From NCBI GenBank assembly GCA_035063585.1, contig JAPSGB010000019.1:1-64000 (forward strand): 64,000 nt of DNA. Reading direction: 5' to 3'. A program made the translations under genes and the position numbers. Position 1 is the first letter of the stretch. Each line of letters starts with the position of its first letter. Positions 57,428 through 64,000 of this stretch are shown here, piece after piece. The stretch comes from Polyangiaceae bacterium. Lineage in GTDB: Bacteria > Myxococcota_A > Polyangia > Polyangiales > Polyangiaceae. Below the pieces are notes generated by a model. It was given only the letters and a program-made list of their open reading frames with translations, was not told where the DNA came from and did not search any database.

Positions 57428-58317
57428 CGGTCACGGACGCCGAACTCGCGCGCCTGGAGGCTGCCGTCGAGCGCGCGCTCGAGACGGGCGACCTCGGCCG
57501 GCTCACGGTGCTCGGCTACGGTGAGATCTCGACCGTGCTCGCGCTCGACACGGCGGGCGGCCGCTACGCGGCGAAGCGGCTGCCGCGCTTCGCGAGCCAG
57601 GAGGCGTTCGACGCCTACGGCGCAGTCCTCCAGGAGTACGTCGCTACGCTCGACCACGCGGGGATCCGCGTGGTGCCGACCTCGCTCCGCTCGCTCGCGC
57701 GCGCGGACGGGAGCCTCACGGCCTACTGCGTGCAGCCCGCGCTCGCGCCCGACTCCCTCGCCCCCCGCTGGCTCGAGCGCGCGAGCGACGCCGAGGGCGC
57801 GCGCCTCCTCGGCGTCATCGTCGACCGCATCGCAGGAGCGGTGAGCCCGCGCGTCGGGCTCGACGGTCAGCTCAGCAACTGGGTCACGAACGACGGCGAC
57901 GAACCGAGCTACCTCGACGTGAGCACGCCGCTCCTGCGTGACGCACGCGGCCGCGAGCGGCTCGACGTGGGGCTGTTCATCGCCTCGCTTCCGTGGGCGC
58001 TCCGCGGGGCCGCCAGGCGCTTTCTCCTCCAAGGGATCATCGACAAGTACTACGCGCCGCGCGGCGTGCTGCTCGACCTGGCCGGCAACCTCGTGAAGGA
58101 CGGGCAAGGGCGCTTCATCGAGCCACTCCTCGAGCACGCGAACCGCTTCGTGACTCCCGCGCTCACCGCGGACGAGGCGCACCGATACTACGCGAGCGAC
58201 GCCAAGTCGTGGGCGCTCCTCCAGCGCCTCCGCCGCGCGGATCGCGCCTGGCAGCGGCACGTGCGCGGCCGCTCGTACGGCTATCTGCTCCCGGGCAAGA
58301 TCGAGCGGCGCACCTGA
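57424..58317 (+). CDS. Kinase-like fold protein (DUF6206-like)
   Basis: ATGA overlap; LGYGEISTV, AAKRLP, DGQLSNW, YLDVSTP map to kinase G-loop, Lys, catalytic loop and metal Asp. Confidence 0.7.
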   Translation: MTVTDAELARLEAAVERALETGDLGRLTVLGYGEISTVLALDTAGGRYAAKRLPRFASQEAFDAYGAVLQEYVATLDHAGIRVVPTSLRSLARADGSLTAYCVQPALAPDSLAPRWLERASDAEGARLLGVIVDRIAGAVSPRVGLDGQLSNWVTNDGDEPSYLDVSTPLLRDARGRERLDVGLFIASLPWALRGAARRFLLQGIIDKYYAPRGVLLDLAGNLVKDGQGRFIEPLLEHANRFVTPALTADEAHRYYASDAKSWALLQRLRRADRAWQRHVRGRSYGYLLPGKIERRT

Positions 58318-58373
58318 GACGCGCCGCGCACGACGGGTTTTGCTCGGAGTCCCCGCGGGTTAGCATCCCGCGT

Positions 58374-59780
58374 ATGTCGGAGACGAGCGACCGCTATGAG
58401 CTCGTGGTCATCGGTGCCGGGCCCGCGGGCGAGAAGGGCGCCGCGCAGGCGGCCTACTTCGGCAAGCGAGTGGCCGTCATCGAGCAAGCGGACGAGCCCG
58501 GGGGCGCCGCGGCGCACACCGGTACGCTGCCGAGCAAGACGCTCCGCGAGACGGCGCTCTATCTGTCCGGTCATCGCGCGCGGGAGCTCTACGGAGTCGC
58601 GGTGCGGCTCGATCCGAGCGCGACCGTGCCGCACCTCATGGCCCGCAAGAACGCCATCGCGGCGGACGCGTCGCGGTCCATTCGCGAGAACCTCGCTCGC
58701 CACGCGATCACCTACATCGACGGGCACGCGCGCTTCATCGACGCGAAGACCGTGCGCGTGTCGGGCCCCTCCGGCTCGCGCGACGTCGCCGGAGAGAAGT
58801 TCCTCATCACGACCGGCTCGCGCCCGTTTCGCCCGAACGACATCGATTTCTCGGACGATTGCATCCACGACAGCGACGAGGTGCTCGGTATCGAGAGGCT
58901 CCCCGCCTCGCTGGTGATCTTGGGCGGCGGGGTGATCGGCTGCGAGTACGCCTCGATGTTCGCCGCCCTCGGCGTCAAGGTCACGCTGGTGGACGCGCGG
59001 AGCGAGATCCTGCCGTTCCTCGACGGTGAGCTCATCGCGCGGCTGCGTGACGCGATGACCCGGCTCGGGATAGAGCTCGTGCAAGGCCGGAAGTGGAGCG
59101 GAGTGCGGCGCGAGGGGAGCGCGCTCGCGACCACGCTCGCGGACGGCAGCCGACTCGTGAGCGACCAGCTCCTCTTCGCGGCGGGTCGCGTCGGCAACAC
59201 CGGCGAGCTCGGGCTCGACGCCATCGGCATCACACCGGACGCTCGCGGCTATCTCGCGGTCGACCGCGAGTATCGCACGAGCGCGCCGAACGTCTGGGCA
59301 GCGGGAGACGTGATCGGATTTCCCGCGCTCGCGTCGGTCTCGATGGAGCAGGGCCGGGTCGCGATGTGTCACGCCTTTGATTTCGCCTACAAGCGCGCGG
59401 TCGATGCCCTGATGCCCTACGGCATCTACACCATCCCCGAGGTGAGCGCGGTCGGCGAGACGGAGGAGTCGTGTCGCGCGAAGGGCATCCCCTTCGTGGT
59501 CGGGCGGGCGCTCTACCGAGACAACGCGCGCGGCAAGATTACCGGCGATCTCGAAGGGATCACCAAGCTCATCGCGCACGCCGAGTCGCGCCGGCTGCTC
59601 GGGGTTCACGTGATCGGCGAGCGGGCCACCGAGCTGGTTCACATCGGTCAGGCCGCGATCCACGCGGCGGCGCCAGTCGATCTCTTCATCGACATGGTCT
59701 TCAATTACCCGACGCTCGCCGAGTCCTATAAGTACGCTGCTTACGACTGCCTCGGCGCGCTCGCACGCGAGCCTCGCTAG
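58374..59780 (+). CDS. sthA: Soluble pyridine nucleotide transhydrogenase
   Basis: GAGPAG, GTLPSKTLRE, GGGVIGCEYAS, GDVIGFPALAS.SMEQGR, FNYPTLAESYK. Confidence 0.92.
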   Translation: MSETSDRYELVVIGAGPAGEKGAAQAAYFGKRVAVIEQADEPGGAAAHTGTLPSKTLRETALYLSGHRARELYGVAVRLDPSATVPHLMARKNAIAADASRSIRENLARHAITYIDGHARFIDAKTVRVSGPSGSRDVAGEKFLITTGSRPFRPNDIDFSDDCIHDSDEVLGIERLPASLVILGGGVIGCEYASMFAALGVKVTLVDARSEILPFLDGELIARLRDAMTRLGIELVQGRKWSGVRREGSALATTLADGSRLVSDQLLFAAGRVGNTGELGLDAIGITPDARGYLAVDREYRTSAPNVWAAGDVIGFPALASVSMEQGRVAMCHAFDFAYKRAVDALMPYGIYTIPEVSAVGETEESCRAKGIPFVVGRALYRDNARGKITGDLEGITKLIAHAESRRLLGVHVIGERATELVHIGQAAIHAAAPVDLFIDMVFNYPTLAESYKYAAYDCLGALAREPR

Positions 59781-61349
59781 ATGGGGAGCTCGCGCCTCGT
59801 CGCTTGGCTCTCGCGCCACGCGGGAGCGTTGCTCGCGCTGGTGCTCTGCTTCGTCTACCTGCCGTCGCTCTCCCGCGAGTTCCTGAACTACGACGACCCC
59901 TGGCTGGTCGAGAAGAGCGCCCTCTTGCAGCGGGCGAGCTTGCAGGATCTCCGCGCGATTTGGCTCGATTTTTCGCGCGAGACGCGCCTCGCGCTGGGCG
60001 CCGAGTACCTGCCGGTCCGCGACACGAGCCTCTTCATCGAGGCGCATCTCTGGGGCCTCCGAGCGCTCCCCCTGCGGCTCACGAACCTCGCCATCTACCT
60101 CGGCGCCATCCTGCTCCTCCGCGCCGCGCTGCTTCGCACCTTGGAGAGCCGAGTGGCCGCCGAGGGCGCCGCGTGGCTCTTCGCGCTCCACCCGGTGCAC
60201 GTCGAGAGCGTGGCGTGGGTCGCAGGCCGCAAGGACGTGCTCGCGCTCTTCTTCGTCTCTGCCGCGCTCGCCGCGCAAGCGCAGGCTTCGAGATTTCGGT
60301 GGTGGCTGGTGCCGCTCACGCTCGCTCTCGCGCACCTCTCGAAGGCGGTGAGCGTGACGGCAATTCTGCTCCTCGTCGCCCAAGATCTCCTGGCGCGACG
60401 CCGACTCGAGGCGCGCCTGTACGCGCCCGTCGCGGCCGTCGCCGCGGGCGCGCTCTACGTCGCGCTAGAGGTAGGCGGCGCGGTCGAGATGATGGCGCCG
60501 TGGCCCGGTGGCTCGCGGCTCGCAACCGCAGAGACCATGGGGCCGGTGTGGCTCCGATACCTGGCCTCGTGCGCGTGGCCCACGAGACTCTCGCTCGTCT
60601 ATGACGTCCCCGTACTCGCGAGCTGGACGGCGGGAGCCCTGGCGGGCTACGCGGTCATCGCCGGCTGGGCGCTTGGCGCGCTCGCGCTCCTTCGCCGGCA
60701 GCGACCGCTCGCGGCGGCGAGCTTCCTCTGGTTTGCCGGGTCGCTCGCGCCGGTGAGCCAGCTCATCGTCCCGCTGCAAAACCTGATGGCGGACAGGTAC
60801 CTGCTCTTCGGCGTGATGGGGCCTTGCCTGCTGCTCGCGTCGACGCTCGCGCGGTGGCCGGGCGGCGGAGCCGCGGCGCTCGGCGGCGTGGCCGCGCTGC
60901 TCTCCGGCCCCGCGGCCCATAGGGCCTCGCTGTTCGCGCGAAGCGAGCTCATCTTTCGCGACGCAGCCGAGAAGACCGAGGCCTCGCCCATCGCCCCCTA
61001 CCAACTCGGCGTGGCCTTCGAGACGAACGGCGATTACGCGAACGCCATCGTGTCCTATCGTGAGGTCCTCCGGCGCGCGCGGGCGGCCGACGAGGTGGGG
61101 CGTCGCGCCACCAACAACCTCGCGCGTGCTCTGGTACGCGAGGGCCGACTGGGCGAGGCCCTCGTCGTGCTCGAGCGGGGCCGCGAGCGGTTCCCCGGCG
61201 ATCCCAAGATGCTCGACAACCTGACCAAGGTCCTCGCGCGCCTGGGCCGCGCCGGTGACGCGCAGCGCGCGCTCGAGGAGCTCCACCGGCGATTCCCGGA
61301 TTACTCGTCGGGAGCCAGGCGGGTTCGTGAGCCCGCCGGGCCCCGATGA
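59781..61349 (+). CDS. TMTC-like GT-C glycosyltransferase with C-terminal TPRs
   Basis: FLNYDD loop, YLPVR, LFALHPVHVESVAWVAGRKD, LSK, ADRYL, multiple TMs, TPR tail. Confidence 0.82.
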   Translation: MGSSRLVAWLSRHAGALLALVLCFVYLPSLSREFLNYDDPWLVEKSALLQRASLQDLRAIWLDFSRETRLALGAEYLPVRDTSLFIEAHLWGLRALPLRLTNLAIYLGAILLLRAALLRTLESRVAAEGAAWLFALHPVHVESVAWVAGRKDVLALFFVSAALAAQAQASRFRWWLVPLTLALAHLSKAVSVTAILLLVAQDLLARRRLEARLYAPVAAVAAGALYVALEVGGAVEMMAPWPGGSRLATAETMGPVWLRYLASCAWPTRLSLVYDVPVLASWTAGALAGYAVIAGWALGALALLRRQRPLAAASFLWFAGSLAPVSQLIVPLQNLMADRYLLFGVMGPCLLLASTLARWPGGGAAALGGVAALLSGPAAHRASLFARSELIFRDAAEKTEASPIAPYQLGVAFETNGDYANAIVSYREVLRRARAADEVGRRATNNLARALVREGRLGEALVVLERGRERFPGDPKMLDNLTKVLARLGRAGDAQRALEELHRRFPDYSSGARRVREPAGPR

Positions 61350-61446
61350 ACCTCTCGCGCGCGTGGCGTGCTGGTCGCTCCGTGGGTCGGTCCGGCGCGA
61401 GGCCACGGGCGTTGCGCCGCTAGTTGGTCCCGTCTAGCATCGACGC

Positions 61447-61776
61447 ATGTTCGCCGCGCTCGACCACGACACCCGGATGCTGCTCTTGAAGCTCGTCTGC
61501 GCGTTCGCGTGGACGGATCTCGAGCTCCACGAGGGTGAGCGCGCCTTCGTCGAGCGTCTCGTGAGTCGGCTCGAGCTCGGCGAGGCAGACCGCCGGCAGG
61601 TCGAGGAGTGGCTGACGGTCGCCCCCTCCCCGGGTTCCGTGGACGCCGCGGCCATCCCGCGCGAGCACCGAAAGACCTTCATCGAGGCCGCGCGGGCGAT
61701 CATCTACGCCGACGGCGAGGTCGATGACGAGGAGCGCGAACAGCTCGACCGCTTGCGCGAGGCGCTGGCGGACTGA
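61447..61776 (+). CDS. TerB-family protein
   Basis: AWTDLELHEGER and IYADGEVDDEER tandem TerB-like motifs. Confidence 0.85.
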   Translation: MFAALDHDTRMLLLKLVCAFAWTDLELHEGERAFVERLVSRLELGEADRRQVEEWLTVAPSPGSVDAAAIPREHRKTFIEAARAIIYADGEVDDEEREQLDRLREALAD

Positions 61777-61791
61777 GCCGAAGCGCAGCGA

Positions 61792-62529
61792 TCAGTCGCG
61801 GTCGAGCGGAGCGCCGTCGTCCTTCTGCTCGAGCCGAGCGACGTTCGATCCGGAGCCCTCGTTCCCGAACTCGATGACCTGCGCCCGGTACACGACCTCG
61901 CCGTCGTCGGTGCGGATCTCGCCCGAGACGTCTCGCTCGGCGAGTTGGTTCGATCGCGAGACGCTGAGGGTGGCGCTGCGGTCGCCCACCTTGACCTTGT
62001 AGCTCGTCTTCTCGCACGCGAGCTCGCGGCGCCCGACCAGACACGTCTCCGCGCCGCTCTCGAGCTGTCCTTGGTTGTCATCCGCGGCGAAGGCGGTCTT
62101 CCGCATCATGGCGTCGAAGTCGTTGACGTCACCGACCGCCGGCTTCCCGTCACGGTAGCGGGTCACCTTGGAGATATGCCCGGTCGACCAGAGGCGTTCG
62201 ACGCGCAGGCGGGTCGCGGAGCGACCCTCGACCAGGGTGTAATCGAGCGTCACGACGTCGCCGTCGACCCCGATGACTTGCTCGGTCAGCATGAGCGGCG
62301 TCTTGCTGAAGCTGCCCGTGATGCGCTGAACCACGTAGTCTCCGATCCGGGGGCGCGCTGCCGGAGCAGCGTCGTCCGCCCACTTGGCGTCGATGCTCGT
62401 TCGCTCGTCGGACTTCGCCGGCGCAGCGTGGGCCCGGGCGACGGCTGGCGCCGTGACCACCTGGGGGGTGCTGCCGCACGCAGAGGCGAGGAGTACGGAG
62501 GATATCAGCCCGACGAGGGTGCGCGTCAT
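61792..62529 (-). CDS. Hypothetical lipoprotein, beta-rich
   Basis: LASAC lipobox; beta-strand pattern. Confidence 0.75.
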   Translation of the reverse strand: MTRTLVGLISSVLLASACGSTPQVVTAPAVARAHAAPAKSDERTSIDAKWADDAAPAARPRIGDYVVQRITGSFSKTPLMLTEQVIGVDGDVVTLDYTLVEGRSATRLRVERLWSTGHISKVTRYRDGKPAVGDVNDFDAMMRKTAFAADDNQGQLESGAETCLVGRRELACEKTSYKVKVGDRSATLSVSRSNQLAERDVSGEIRTDDGEVVYRAQVIEFGNEGSGSNVARLEQKDDGAPLDRD

Positions 62530-62590
62530 GGGCCTCGAATAGCCATGGCCGACACGCCTGGGCCAACTTTGCGGAGCGCGGCGTGGCGCC

Positions 62591-64000
62591 TCACTCCGGC
62601 GCGCGCGCCGGCCCCACGAGCGGGAAGGTGTCGCCCGACGCCGCGCCGAGCCGAAGCCGCGCGAGCGCGCGCTCCGCGAGGCGGGGAGCCCATGCGCCGG
62701 CGGCGGTCGCTGCGATCGAGGCGCCCACGGCGGTCGCCCAGCCGGCGGGGCCGAGCGGACGACAGCCGAAGAACCGGCCGACGCCGGGCGTCTGCACGAT
62801 CGCGGCGAGGAGCGCAGTCGAGGCGACCCCGGTGAGGATCACCGAACGACTCATGCCACCCGAGGTGATCGTCTGTCCGAGCTGCGAGCCCACCAGCGCG
62901 ACCAGGCCGATGGTGCGCGCGCGCTCGGCGCTCCCGGTGAAGCGTCCGATGAGCCACGCGCTCCCGGCGCCGAGCGCGGTCACCGCGGCGCGCGACGCGA
63001 TGTCCCGCGTGAGCGGCGCGCCGAGCGATGCGTCGGGGCCTTCCCGGGCGAGCGAGTCGAGCGTCTCTCTCGAGGGCGGGCGGAGCGCGATCGCCATGGC
63101 GGGCGCGACGTCCGTGAGCAGGTTGACGAGCAAGAGCTGACGAGCGTTGAGCGGCGACTTGCCGTCGACCAAGGCCGCGGCGACGGTGAAGCCAATCTCT
63201 CCGAGGTTCCCGCCGACCAGGATGGACACCGCGTCGCGAACGGACGCCCACATGGCGCGACCCTCGACGATTGCGTCGACCAGCGTCTCGATGCGCTCGT
63301 CGGTGAGCACGACGTCGGCGGCTCCGCGCGCCGCAGAGGTGCTGCGCTCGCCGATCGCGACGCCGACGTTGGCGAGCCGAATTGCAGGCGCGTCGTTCGC
63401 CCCATCGCCGACCATGGCGACCACGCGACCAGCGCGCTGGAGGGCGCGGACGATCCGCACCTTCTGCGCCGGCGTGGCCCGCGCAAAGACCGTGACGCGC
63501 CCGATGCGAGCGTCGAGCTCCTCGTCACTCGAGAGAGCGAGCTCGGCGCCAGTCATCACCTCGCCGTCTCCGAGCAGAGCGAGCTCGGCGGCGATGGCCT
63601 GGGCGGTGCTCGGGTGATCTCCGGTGAGCATCACCGTGGTCACGCCCGCGCGGCGAAGCCGCGCGAGCGCCTCGGGCGCGGAGGGGCGCACGGGATCGCT
63701 GAACGCCAGCAGGCCGCGGAAGGTCAGCCCGCTCGGGCGCTCCGGCGCGAGCCCGTCGCCGGGTCCGCCCAGGCGCTCGGCCACCGCGATGACCCGTAGC
63801 CCGCGGAGCGCGAGGCGACTCGCCGCATCAGCGAGCGCACGCCGAGTCACCTCGTCGAGCGCGAGCTCGCCGTCCGAACGCCCCCAGCGCGCGCACTGAG
63901 GGACGATCACCTCGGGCGCGCCCTTCACGCTGAGGAGGACGCCGGCGTCGGTCCGGCTCAAGACGGCGTGGTAACCTCGCCCCGCCTCGAAGGGCAGCTC
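62591..64000 (-). CDS. Cation-transporting P-type ATPase, C-terminal part (continues beyond the window)
   Basis: LPFE..R.Y at the window edge, KGAPE, DPVRP, MLTGDH, FARATPAQK, GDGANDAP, EGR, QLLLVNLLTD. Confidence 0.93.
   Translation of the reverse strand, partial: ELPFEAGRGYHAVLSRTDAGVLLSVKGAPEVIVPQCARWGRSDGELALDEVTRRALADAASRLALRGLRVIAVAERLGGPGDGLAPERPSGLTFRGLLAFSDPVRPSAPEALARLRRAGVTTVMLTGDHPSTAQAIAAELALLGDGEVMTGAELALSSDEELDARIGRVTVFARATPAQKVRIVRALQRAGRVVAMVGDGANDAPAIRLANVGVAIGERSTSAARGAADVVLTDERIETLVDAIVEGRAMWASVRDAVSILVGGNLGEIGFTVAAALVDGKSPLNARQLLLVNLLTDVAPAMAIALRPPSRETLDSLAREGPDASLGAPLTRDIASRAAVTALGAGSAWLIGRFTGSAERARTIGLVALVGSQLGQTITSGGMSRSVILTGVASTALLAAIVQTPGVGRFFGCRPLGPAGWATAVGASIAATAAGAWAPRLAERALARLRLGAASGDTFPLVGPARAPE

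Overview
Very GC-rich chromosomal segment whose gene content (eukaryote-like Ser/Thr kinases, MYXO-CTERM protein, TIGR02266-type PilZ, AgmX/TonB-C-like and Gly/Cys-rich lipoproteins) points to a myxobacterium, probably Polyangiales. About 49 CDSs can be supported: an isolated dnaA with a DnaA-box pair, grpE-dnaK, dnaJ, uvrD/pcrA, proC, thyX, tsaE, mlaE, folB, sthA, two aminotransferases, a partial P-type ATPase, three kinases (two are giant kinase-pseudocyclase-STAND-TPR paralogues, one coupled to a patatin) and many envelope proteins. No tRNA, rRNA, CRISPR array, integrase or transposase was seen. Highlights: (1) an sdhCAB-like operon with intact haem and Fe-S ligands but a flavoprotein in which all checked canonical catalytic and covalent-FAD residues are replaced; (2) an apparently circularly permuted esterase lipoprotein; (3) TANNNT -10 hexamers 6-11 nt before many start codons, suggesting widespread leaderless mRNAs; (4) two intergenic regions with similar multi-stem folding potential. 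All family assignments come from motif recognition by eye, not database searches.
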